From positions 53,256-117,255 of the forward strand of contig CAYSKV010000003.1 of NCBI GenBank assembly GCA_964431805.1: 64,000 nucleotides of DNA, in the 5' to 3' direction. The notes beneath the pieces were generated by a model. That model saw nothing but the letters and a program-made list of their open reading frames with translations, was not told the origin of the DNA and did no database searches. A program made the translations under genes and the position numbers. This DNA comes from an uncultured Gammaproteobacteria bacterium (lineage in GTDB: Bacteria; Patescibacteriota; Patescibacteriia; Patescibacteriales; GWC2-42-12). Shown here in pieces: positions 1 to 8,617 of this stretch. Each line of letters starts with the position of its first letter. Position 1 is the first letter of the stretch.

Positions 1-81
1 AATAACGGTAAGGGCAGTTGCCCAGATTTTGATTGGGTGGAGTCGGCGCCTAACGGTTATACGGTACAGGGGTTTGATTAG
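1..81 (+). CDS. C-terminal fragment of a gene entering from the left edge (NNGKGSCPDFDWVESAPNGYTVQGFD*)
   Basis: Frame +1 is open from base 1 to TAG at 79-81 and converges on the prmC 3' end; too short to identify. Confidence 0.4.
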   Translation, partial: NNGKGSCPDFDWVESAPNGYTVQGFD

Positions 82-931
82 AAGAGTTTAAAAAATTAAT
101 AATAACTAAACGATTAAGGCTGGCCAGGTCTTTTTTTATTTGATAACTTGCTTTAGGCAGTTCGCGTTTAATAAATTGCTTAATTTTTTCGGTTTGGCTC
201 GGGTCTATTTCGCATAATACATAACTGACATTGCTCAACATCTTTATTTGTTTAAATAGTCGGCGATAATATTTTAATCCGTCAGAACCAGCCGTTAAAG
301 CTGATTTCGGTTCATATTTAATAGTGGGAGAATTTTTAATTTGAGCTGGAGTAAGATAAGGGAGATTAGCAGTAATTATCAATTTAGAATTACGAGTTAC
401 AAATTTAGAATTGATGATTGGTTTTAATAAATCACCCTTGAGAAATTTTATTTTTTTGCTTAAGTTGTTCAGTCTAGAATTATGTCGCGCAACCTTTAAG
501 GCGTTTTCAGAAATATCAATTCCAAATAATTTGCAATTTTTAATTAAGCTAGCCAATGTAATGATAATACAGCCTGACCCAGTGCCAACATCAACGATAG
601 TTGTTGGATGAGAGTTGCTGGTTGTAAGTTTTAGCGTTTCGTCTATCATTAATTCGGTCTCCGGCCTAGGAATCAAAACATTTTTATTAACTTTAAAATT
701 AAGACCATAGAATTCTTTATGTCCGGCAAGATAAGCCATCGGCAAACCCTTAAGTCTTTTTTTAATTAATAATTTACTTTTTGTAATTTGTAATTTTGTT
801 AATTTATGTTCCGGATGAGTGATGATATATTCTCTTGATTTTTTCAAAACATATGCTAAGATAAGCTCAATATCAAAAATATTAAGTTTTGTTTTTTTGT
901 TCATTTCAAAAATAATTTTTTTTAGATTCAT
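50..931 (-). CDS. prmC: Release factor glutamine methyltransferase
   Basis: VLIPRPETE, SAM-binding DVGTGSGCI and NLPY motifs; next to prfA. Confidence 0.95.
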   Translation of the reverse strand: MNLKKIIFEMNKKTKLNIFDIELILAYVLKKSREYIITHPEHKLTKLQITKSKLLIKKRLKGLPMAYLAGHKEFYGLNFKVNKNVLIPRPETELMIDETLKLTTSNSHPTTIVDVGTGSGCIIITLASLIKNCKLFGIDISENALKVARHNSRLNNLSKKIKFLKGDLLKPIINSKFVTRNSKLIITANLPYLTPAQIKNSPTIKYEPKSALTAGSDGLKYYRRLFKQIKMLSNVSYVLCEIDPSQTEKIKQFIKRELPKASYQIKKDLASLNRLVIINFLNSSNQTPVPYNR

Positions 932-948
932 AATAAGGAGAATAAAAA

Positions 949-1326
949 ATGAAAATACAAGATGGGTCGGAAAAGGAAACGGTGGATATTTTAGTGGTTA
1001 ATATTTCAGATGCGATAATTACCGATTTAATTAAGACTCTTAGTAATATATTTCAAGGTAAGAAAATAAGCAAAATTAAAATAATTTATAATACTGATAT
1101 AAGATTTGAAGATGTCGGAAAATTTAATTACTTTATTATTGATCCGGTAAGCCACTATACTATTGATAGAAAAATGATAGATATTTTACTTTTAAAAAAG
1201 AAAGTTGATGCTCAGATAATAGTGTTAACAACAGTTTATTGCAATATTTTTGGGGCTATGGGTATAAAAAAAATTATCAAAATGCCGGTATCCTGGGAGA
1301 AATTCTCGGAAATTTTGTTAGCGTAG
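949..1326 (+). CDS. Hypothetical protein, possibly a degenerate CheY-like receiver domain
   Basis: 125 aa ORF with AAGGAG RBS; DILVV / FNYFIID / IIVLT / GIKKIIKMP strands are spaced like a receiver fold. Confidence 0.5.
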   Translation: MKIQDGSEKETVDILVVNISDAIITDLIKTLSNIFQGKKISKIKIIYNTDIRFEDVGKFNYFIIDPVSHYTIDRKMIDILLLKKKVDAQIIVLTTVYCNIFGAMGIKKIIKMPVSWEKFSEILLA

Positions 1327-1369
1327 TAATATAACTATGTCAAAATAGAAATAAAATTTAGGCTGCTAA

Positions 1370-2404
1370 TTATTTAGCAGCCTTTTTTAATTCAGCAATA
1401 ATGTCAGCTATATCGCCATCCATAATTTTGGCTAGCCCATGCCAGTTTTGTTTTATGCGATGATCGGTAAATCTATCTTGAGGAAAATTATAAGTTCTAA
1501 TTTTATCGCTTCTGTCGCCGGCGCCGACTTGCTCTTTTCTTTGAGCCGATTCGCGGATGCGTTTTTCTTCTTCGGCCTTAGCTAAAAGTCGGGAGCGTAA
1601 AATTTGCAGAGCTTTGTCCTTATTTTGATGCTGTGATTTTTCATCTTGGCAGGTGACCACTAAACCGGTCGGTAAATGTGTTATGCGAATGGCTGAATAA
1701 GTAGTATTAACGCTTTGTCCGCCCGGTCCGGAAGAACAATAAGTATCAATTCTGATATCATTGGGTTTAATTTCTAAATCAGCTTCTTCGGCTTCAGGCA
1801 TAACTACTACGGTAATAGCGCTAGTATGAACTCGTCCGGCTTTTTCAGTTTCCGGCACTCTTTGCACTCGATGCGTGCCGGCTTCATATTTTAAATTGCC
1901 ATAGACATCTTTACCTTCTACCGAAAATATAATTTCTTTAAAACCGCCGATACCGATGCGGCTAGAATATAAAATTTTTAACTTCCAGCCTTGTTTTTCG
2001 GCATAATGAGAATATAAGCGGAAGATTTCGGCCGCGAATAAAGCTGATTCATCGCCGCCGGTGCCAGCTCTAATTTCCATAATAATATTTTTTTTGTCAT
2101 TAGGATCGGCTGGATGAAGTTCAGTTTCAATTTCGGCGGTTAATTTTTCGATTTGTTGTTTTAGCTCCGCGATTTCATCTTTAGTGATTTTTAATAATTC
2201 TTGGTCAGATTCATTTTTGATCATTCCTTCGCTTTGGTTTAATTCGGTTTGTTTTTTTTGCAATTCTAAAATTAACCCGATTACATATTTTAAATCGTTA
2301 TGTTTTTTGGAAACTTCTCTTAATTTTTTTTGATCAGTTAAAACGCTCTGGTCCGAGAGTTGATTTTCTAAATCTTTAAATTGTTTTATTATATCTTCGT
2401 ACAT
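1370..2404 (-). CDS. prfA: Peptide chain release factor 1
   Basis: GGQ motif (SGPGGQSVN), HRVQRVPET (PxT) and EIRAGTGGDE. Confidence 0.98.
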   Translation of the reverse strand: MYEDIIKQFKDLENQLSDQSVLTDQKKLREVSKKHNDLKYVIGLILELQKKQTELNQSEGMIKNESDQELLKITKDEIAELKQQIEKLTAEIETELHPADPNDKKNIIMEIRAGTGGDESALFAAEIFRLYSHYAEKQGWKLKILYSSRIGIGGFKEIIFSVEGKDVYGNLKYEAGTHRVQRVPETEKAGRVHTSAITVVVMPEAEEADLEIKPNDIRIDTYCSSGPGGQSVNTTYSAIRITHLPTGLVVTCQDEKSQHQNKDKALQILRSRLLAKAEEEKRIRESAQRKEQVGAGDRSDKIRTYNFPQDRFTDHRIKQNWHGLAKIMDGDIADIIAELKKAAK

Positions 2405-2479
2405 AAAATAAAAACGGTTATTTTATAATTACGCCATAATTAAATTATAGCACAATAATAAAATAACCGTTTAGAGTAG

Positions 2480-2770
2480 TTATTTTTTGTCTGTTTTTTT
2501 AGCAATTTTAGCTTTAGTTTTAGCAGTTCGTTTAGCCTTTTTACTTTTATGTACGGCTTTACTTTTAGTTTTAGCTTCAACTTTAGCATTAAATTTCTCA
2601 ACTCGGCGAGCCGAATCAAGTAATTTCTGCTTACCAGTATAAAACGGGTGGCAAGCTGAACAAATTTCCACTTTCAATTCCGGTAAAGTTGAACCGGTAG
2701 TGAAACTATTGCCGCAAGCGCAAGTCATCTTGGCTTTTGGATAATATTTTGGATGAATGTCTTTTTTCAT
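2480..2770 (-). CDS. rpmE: 50S ribosomal protein L31 (Zn-binding type, Lys-rich tail)
   Basis: [24 protein letters not shown]. Confidence 0.98.
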   Translation of the reverse strand: MKKDIHPKYYPKAKMTCACGNSFTTGSTLPELKVEICSACHPFYTGKQKLLDSARRVEKFNAKVEAKTKSKAVHKSKKAKRTAKTKAKIAKKTDKK

Positions 2771-2942
2771 AAGGATTTTTATAAAATTAAAAACAATCTG
2801 TTGCAGATTGGATTATGATGTGAGATTAACATAGAAAATATATTTTGGCAAGTCTGCCCGCTAACAGATAAAGGTTGACAAAATATTAAGATTATTATAA
2901 TCTATTATCATAGCTTTTAAAGGCTATTTTAATTTATTAAAT

Positions 2943-3017
2943 CTCTCATACTCCTTAATTTTCCTTGTCTCGATTATACGAGATGATTAGGAGTAGAGGA
3001 CTAAAGGAAAAAAAATT
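2943..3017 (+). promoter_or_regulatory. rpsB 5' leader structure (putative S2 autoregulatory element)
   Basis: Stem TACTCCT(2949-2955)/AGGAGTA(2989-2995) with inner TCTCG/CGAGA hairpin; TTTTCCTT(2959-2966) complements AAGGAAAA(3004-3011); TTGACA at 2875 upstream. Confidence 0.6.
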
Positions 3018-3719
3018 ATGAAAATTCCAACAGTGGAAGAGATGCTTAAGGCTGGAATGCACTTCGGGCATCGCACATCAAAATGGCACCCTAAAATGGA
3101 GCCTTTTATTTTTGGCTCAAGAAAAGGCGTGCACATTATTGACTTAAGAAAAACGCAAGCTATGTTAGGCGTTGCTTTAGAGTATTTAAAAAAGCAGGCA
3201 GCTGAAGGAAAAACCATTCTTTTGGTTGGCACAAAAATGCAAGTTAAAAACACTCTTAAGAAAACCGCTGAAGAAGCTGGCGTACCTTATGTTTCTTCAA
3301 AATGGTTGGGCGGATTTTTAACTAATTTCGCCATCATTAGAAACTTAATCAGAAAATTTAAAGATTTATCAGAAAAAAGAGCCGGCGGTAAATTGGATAA
3401 ATATACAAAGAAAGAAAGACTTGATTTTGATCGCCAGATCGCAAAGTTAGAAACTAATGTTGGCGGCTTAGTAAGTTTAACTAAAACTCCTGACATTATT
3501 TTCATTTGGGATATTAAAAAAGAAAAAACCGCTTTTACCGAAGCTATGAAGAAAAAAATTCCAGTGGTAGCTGTTTGCGACACTAATACTAATCCTGATG
3601 GCGTCAAATATATTATTCCTGCTAACGACGATGCGTCTAGAGGTATAAAGTTAGTAATGAATTTAGTTAAAGAAGCGATTTTAGAAGGCAAGTCTGAGAG
3701 CCAAAATAAAGAAAAATAA
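3018..3719 (+). CDS. rpsB: 30S ribosomal protein S2
   Basis: AGMHFGH, WHPKM, WLGGFLTN, DTNTNP, PANDD. Confidence 0.98.
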   Translation: MKIPTVEEMLKAGMHFGHRTSKWHPKMEPFIFGSRKGVHIIDLRKTQAMLGVALEYLKKQAAEGKTILLVGTKMQVKNTLKKTAEEAGVPYVSSKWLGGFLTNFAIIRNLIRKFKDLSEKRAGGKLDKYTKKERLDFDRQIAKLETNVGGLVSLTKTPDIIFIWDIKKEKTAFTEAMKKKIPVVAVCDTNTNPDGVKYIIPANDDASRGIKLVMNLVKEAILEGKSESQNKEK

Positions 3720-3736
3720 ATAAATATTTAAAATTT

Positions 3737-4534
3737 ATGGAAAATATAAAAGTTTTACGTGATAAAACCGGCGCTGGCATGGTTGATTGCAAAAAGGCCT
3801 TAGAAGAAGCTGGCGGCGATATTGAAAAAGCTGTAGAAATTTTAAGAAAAAAAGGTATTGCTAAAGCGGCTAAGAGAAGCGATCGCGAAGCAGGCGAAGG
3901 CATAATTAAAGTTGCTTTAGATAGCGATACTAAGACTGGCTATGTCGTAGAGATTAATGCCGAAACTGATTTTGTAGTACGCAGCGAGAGATTCCAATCT
4001 TTTACCGAAAAAGTTGTGCAATTAATTATAGAAAAACAACCAAAAGATTTAGTTGAATTAATGGCATTAAGTTTTGATGGCGTTACGGTTAAAGAAAATT
4101 TAGATAGCTTAAGCGGTGTAATTGGCGAAAAATTAGATATAAAAAGATATGAGATGCTTAAGTCGGCCGGAACGGTAGCGGCTTATTCCCATATGGCTGG
4201 TAGAATTGGCGTACTAGTAGCTTTAGATAAAGAAGGCCAAAGCGATATCGCTTATGATGTTGCGATGCAAATTGCCGCCGCTAACCCAAGATATCTTAAT
4301 CCTGAAGATGTTGCGGCTGATGAGCTTAACAAAGAAAAAGAAATTTATCGCGAGCAACTTCTTAAAGAAGGTAAGCCGGAAAACATGATTGATAAAATTA
4401 TGGAAGGCAAACTAGCTAAATTTTATGGAGAAATTTGTTTAGTTAAACAGGAATATATAAAAGATGATAGTAAAAAAATTGAAGATATTTTAGGCGATGT
4501 AAAAGTAGAGAAATTTATTAGATACAGCTTATAA
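3737..4534 (+). CDS. tsf: Elongation factor Ts
   Basis: LRDKTGAGMVDCKKAL, NAETDFV; follows rpsB. Confidence 0.98.
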   Translation: MENIKVLRDKTGAGMVDCKKALEEAGGDIEKAVEILRKKGIAKAAKRSDREAGEGIIKVALDSDTKTGYVVEINAETDFVVRSERFQSFTEKVVQLIIEKQPKDLVELMALSFDGVTVKENLDSLSGVIGEKLDIKRYEMLKSAGTVAAYSHMAGRIGVLVALDKEGQSDIAYDVAMQIAAANPRYLNPEDVAADELNKEKEIYREQLLKEGKPENMIDKIMEGKLAKFYGEICLVKQEYIKDDSKKIEDILGDVKVEKFIRYSL

Positions 4535-4542
4535 ATTTATAT

Positions 4543-5376
4543 ATGCGCGTAGTTCAAGTACAATTTACTTCTTGGGATAAAAAGTATAATTTTGACGCGG
4601 ACGAAATTGACGTTAAGATAGGCGATCAAGTTATTGTAAAAACTGAACTAGGCGTTGAGCTCGGTAAAGTAGTCGGTTTTCAAGATTTATCAGATGTAAA
4701 AACCAAGCCCGAAGTTGAAGGCGAGAAATCTATTGTAGAGATAAAAAAGATTATTAGAAAAGCGGAGCTAGCTGATTTAAAAAAATTGCCTGATGAAAAA
4801 CAGATAAAAAAAGATTTTGTTTTCTGCAAAAAAATTATAGACAAATATCAATTACCAATGAAGTTGGTTGATGTGCATTATTCTTTTGATGACACTAGAA
4901 TAACTTTTCCTTTTATCGCTGATTCAAGAATTGATTTTAGAGAATTAGTAAAAGATTTAACTAAGCATTTTAACCGTAGCATTAGATTGCAGCAAATTGG
5001 TATTCGCGATGAAGCTAAATTTTGCGGTGATTTCGGACATTGCGGTCGCTCTTTATGTTGTTCTCGTTTTTTAGGCGATCTTAATTCCATAACTTCAGAA
5101 ATGGCTGAGCTTCAGCAATGTGTGCATCGTGGTTCAGAAAGAATTTCTGGTATTTGCGGCCGTTTAATGTGTTGTTTATCCTACGAAGAAGATGGTTATA
5201 AAAAGCTAGCGGAAAATTTACCGTCGGTTGATAGCCAAGTTAAAGTTGAAGGCAGAAAAGGCCGAGTTTTAGCGCGCTATATTTTAAAGCAGACAGTAAA
5301 AGTTTTATTAGATGAAGGCAACGGTGAGGCCAGCGGCGTGGTAGAGGTGGAAGTAGATAAAGTAAAAAAAATATAA
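4543..5376 (+). CDS. ricT: PSP1-domain protein (RicT/YaaT family)
   Basis: RIDFRELVKDL, QIGIRDEAK, CGRSLCC, ISGICGRLMCCL. Confidence 0.88.
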   Translation: MRVVQVQFTSWDKKYNFDADEIDVKIGDQVIVKTELGVELGKVVGFQDLSDVKTKPEVEGEKSIVEIKKIIRKAELADLKKLPDEKQIKKDFVFCKKIIDKYQLPMKLVDVHYSFDDTRITFPFIADSRIDFRELVKDLTKHFNRSIRLQQIGIRDEAKFCGDFGHCGRSLCCSRFLGDLNSITSEMAELQQCVHRGSERISGICGRLMCCLSYEEDGYKKLAENLPSVDSQVKVEGRKGRVLARYILKQTVKVLLDEGNGEASGVVEVEVDKVKKI

Positions 5377-5397
5377 AGTAAAAAATAATAAGACAAG

Positions 5398-5419
5398 AAC
5401 AGCCGAAAGGCTGTTTTTT
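5398..5419 (+). terminator. Rho-independent terminator after the rpsB-tsf-ricT unit
   Basis: AACAGCC-GAAA-GGCTGTT followed by a T run. Confidence 0.85.
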
Positions 5420-5461
5420 GTTATTCCCGCGAAAGCGAGAATCCAGGTTTCGGCGGAATGA
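5419..5461. repeat. Degenerate REP-like palindrome (ATTCCCGC-GAAA-GCGaGAAT type)
   Basis: TGTTATTCCCGCGAAAGCGAGAATCCAGG followed by a half copy TTTCGGCGGAATGA. Confidence 0.5.
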
Positions 5462-5837
5462 ATGTGATTTTATCTTTTTGTTTATTAATTATTCAAACAT
5501 TGTAGTATACCGTTTCTAAATCGAAGTGTTCGTGTCGCTCCGCTAGGGGTTACTTTCTTATAATTGAGAAAGTAACCAAAGAACTTTTGGGGTGCCTCAA
5601 TGCGCTATAGCATTGATTAATCTTCGTTCTGTAAGCAATGGCGCTTATTCGTCACCCCAAACCCCATATGATTTTTAAATATTTTTATTGTTAGCGGTAA
5701 AATGTTATTATATCAATTTTGGTAGTTATAAAAATATATGAAAATTGGGTTAATAGTAATTGATTAATTTTTGCTATTTTTATGATTTTATGGTATTTTT
5801 TGTGTATAATTTCTAATTTAATTAAATAATTAATATT

Positions 5838-6185
5838 ATGAGTTTATTTAATTTTTTAAAGAAGCAATCTCAACCAAAATCTCCGTTAGAAAAATTTAAG
5901 GAAATAAAAACATATGTAAGAGAAAAGACGAAATCTCTCATGAATAATGATTTTGAAGGTATGAAGCCTGAAGAAGTGTCCAATAAGATATTGTATCAAA
6001 CAATTGATCAAGAGCAGAAAAAAAAGTTGAGTTATGAGGAATATGTAAAATTAGATAAAGCTAACGAAATAAAACATGTCCTAGATGCACTTAGAGAGGA
6101 AGCGGCAAACGGGCGTATAAGCGAGGTCGAAATTCAAGAAATTTTTGATTCAAAAGAATTTAAAGATTATACTGCCGTAAAATAA
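5838..6185 (+). CDS. Hypothetical protein (helical, charged)
   Basis: 115 aa ATG ORF; TATAAT upstream at about 5806. Confidence 0.6.
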   Translation: MSLFNFLKKQSQPKSPLEKFKEIKTYVREKTKSLMNNDFEGMKPEEVSNKILYQTIDQEQKKKLSYEEYVKLDKANEIKHVLDALREEAANGRISEVEIQEIFDSKEFKDYTAVK

Positions 6186-6293
6186 ATATGAAAAAGGTGA
6201 TTGACTTAATAATTATTGAGTGTAAAATATTATTACCCTTTAAAGGGTTTTAAATAACTAATTCATAATTATTATGAAAAAGTTTAAAAAAAT

Positions 6294-6436
6294 CCCGTTG
6301 GGTAAGTTTTGATGAGTAATTATCAAACTTGCCCTTTGGTTGGTTGGCGTAATAGTCAGCGATTTTATTTGAGATCATATCAATTGGTAAAATCACCAAC
6401 GGGCTAGAATTAAGCGGTATTAAAACCGCTTTTTTC
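6294..6436 (+). ncRNA. Candidate multi-stem structured RNA with its own terminator
   Basis: CCCGTTG/CAACGGG closes three hairpins; followed by AAGCGGT-ATTAAA-ACCGCTTTTT; TTGACT-N16-TAAAAT at 6201-6228. Confidence 0.45.
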
Positions 6437-6595
6437 TATTATTTATAAAATTATATTATTTGTTAAGATAAACTTTAATTAAATATAAATCGCCTGAATG
6501 TTATCGTTTTTGGTATTCACTAAAGTTTTTGTTAGGGATTTTTAGTAATGGCGATTTTATGCTATAATAATTTTATAATTTTTAAATAGAAAAAT

Positions 6596-7600
6596 ATGAA
6601 CGTAGCCATAAATGGGTTCGGTCGTATTGGCCGGGCAGTTTTTAAATCTTTACTTAATAAAAAGGGGATTAATGTCGTTGCTATTAATGATTTAACCGAC
6701 ACTAAAACATTAGCGCAATTGCTTCAATATGATAGTTGTTATCGAGTCTATGGGAAAAAAGTTACGGCTCAAGCCGATAATTTAGTGGTGGCTGGTAAAA
6801 AATACAAAGTGTTAGCAGAAAAAGAGCCGGCTAAATTACCTTGGGGTAAAATGAAAGTAGATATCGTTTTAGAGTGCACCGGTAGATTTTTAGACATGGC
6901 AGGAGCCGGAGAACATATTAAAGCCGGAGCTAAAAAAGTTATAATTTCCGCGCCAGCCAAAGACGAAACTATAAAAAATATTGTGTTATCGGTTAATGAA
7001 AAAGATTTAAATAAAAATGATAAAATTATTTCCATGGCGTCTTGTACGACTAATTGCTTAGCGCCGGTAACTAAAATAATTTCTGATAACTTTGGCATTA
7101 AAAAAGCCGTTATGTCTACCATCCATTCTTATACGGCTGATCAGAATTTAGTTGACGGTCCGCATAAGGATTTACGTCGAGCGCGAGCAGCGGCTTTAAA
7201 TATTGTGCCAACGACGACCGGCGCGGCTAAAGCAGCGGCTAAAACTATTCCGGCTTTAGTTGGAAAATTCGACGGTTTGTCGTTACGCGTACCGACTCCA
7301 GTCGTGTCCTTGTGCGATGCGGTTTATATTACGGAAAAGTTTGTAACAGCGGAAGCTGTAAATAAAATTATTAAACAGGCCGCCGCTAAAAATTATAAAG
7401 GTTATGTGGCGGTAACGGAAGAACCTTTAGTGTCATCGGATTTTATTGGTAATTCGTCTAGCGCGATTGTGGATTTGCCTTTGACTAAAGTTATCGGCGG
7501 CGATATGCTAAAAATTATTTCTTGGTATGACAATGAATGGGGCTATTCATGCCGCTTGGCGGATTTATGCGAATATATTAATAAGAAGAAATTATTGTAA
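6596..7600 (+). CDS. gap: Glyceraldehyde-3-phosphate dehydrogenase (type I)
   Basis: AINGFGRIGR, ASCTTNCL, WYDNEWGYS; extended -10 TGCTATAAT upstream. Confidence 0.98.
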   Translation: MNVAINGFGRIGRAVFKSLLNKKGINVVAINDLTDTKTLAQLLQYDSCYRVYGKKVTAQADNLVVAGKKYKVLAEKEPAKLPWGKMKVDIVLECTGRFLDMAGAGEHIKAGAKKVIISAPAKDETIKNIVLSVNEKDLNKNDKIISMASCTTNCLAPVTKIISDNFGIKKAVMSTIHSYTADQNLVDGPHKDLRRARAAALNIVPTTTGAAKAAAKTIPALVGKFDGLSLRVPTPVVSLCDAVYITEKFVTAEAVNKIIKQAAAKNYKGYVAVTEEPLVSSDFIGNSSSAIVDLPLTKVIGGDMLKIISWYDNEWGYSCRLADLCEYINKKKLL

Positions 7601-7609
7601 TTGTTACTT

Positions 7610-8617
7610 ATGGACATCTTATCTAAAATAAAACAAGCTAATTTAGTTGGGCGTGGTGGTGCCGGTTTTCCTGTTGAAAAAAAATGGGCTGCGGTTAAAG
7701 ATGCTATTGGCGAAAAAAAATATATAGTTTGCAATGCTTCCGAAGGCGAACCAGGCGTTTTAAAAGACGGCTATCTTTTAGAGCATCGCGCTGATAAAGT
7801 TATAGACGGCATGAAAATAGCTATTGATTTTTTGCAAGCTGAAAAAGCTTATTTATTTTTAAATCATGCTTATTATAAGAAATTAAATAAAAAATTAGCC
7901 ATTTTAACTAAAGATTCTAAAATTGAAATATTCGCTAAACCGATTAACGCCGGCTACATCGGCGGGGAAGAAAGCGCGATTTTAAATGCAATTGAAGGAA
8001 AAAGGATTGAACCGAGATTAAAGCCGCCATTTCCCACGACCTTTGGCTTATGGGGCTATCCAACTTTAATTAATAATGTTGAAACTTTTTACAATGTAAG
8101 TTTGGTGGCGGTCGATCAATATACAAAAAAAAGATTTTATACCATAACCGGCGATTGTCCTAACGAGGGAGTTTATGAGTTACCTGATGATTTAACAATT
8201 GAAAAAGTGCTTGAGCAAACTAAAAATTATCCTAATTTTTCTTTTTTTGTTCAGGTCGGTGGCGGAGCCTCGGGCGAAGTTTTAAATAGCTCTCATTTAA
8301 AAAAACAAGTTAGCGGAGCCGGTTCAATCGCAATTTATAGTTTAACTAAAAATAATTTTAAAAAAGTTATAAAAAATTGGCTTGATTTTTTTGCGAGCGA
8401 ATCATGCGGCCAATGCACGACTTGTCGTGAAGGCGTTTTTAGACTTAAGGAAATATTTAGCCAAGAAGAAATTGATTGGGCATTATTTAATGATTTGCTT
8501 AGCAATTTGCGGGATACTTCGTTTTGTGCTTTAGGCGGTGCAGTACCTTTGCCGATAAATAGTTTTATAAAGAATGTTTACCCAAACTTGAAAATAAAAT
8601 ATGAACAAAAAAATTAA
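7610..8617 (+). CDS. Minimal NuoF/HydB-like FMN/NADH-binding diaphorase subunit
   Basis: GRGGAGFP, NASEGEPG, YIGGEESA, NNVET, ESCGQCTTCREG...CALG 4Fe-4S; ATG at 7610. Confidence 0.9.
   Translation: MDILSKIKQANLVGRGGAGFPVEKKWAAVKDAIGEKKYIVCNASEGEPGVLKDGYLLEHRADKVIDGMKIAIDFLQAEKAYLFLNHAYYKKLNKKLAILTKDSKIEIFAKPINAGYIGGEESAILNAIEGKRIEPRLKPPFPTTFGLWGYPTLINNVETFYNVSLVAVDQYTKKRFYTITGDCPNEGVYELPDDLTIEKVLEQTKNYPNFSFFVQVGGGASGEVLNSSHLKKQVSGAGSIAIYSLTKNNFKKVIKNWLDFFASESCGQCTTCREGVFRLKEIFSQEEIDWALFNDLLSNLRDTSFCALGGAVPLPINSFIKNVYPNLKIKYEQKN

Noticed and set aside
7610-8617. Respiratory complex I (nuoF)
   Set aside because: No other nuo genes are present; it overlaps hydA and fits a hydrogenase diaphorase subunit
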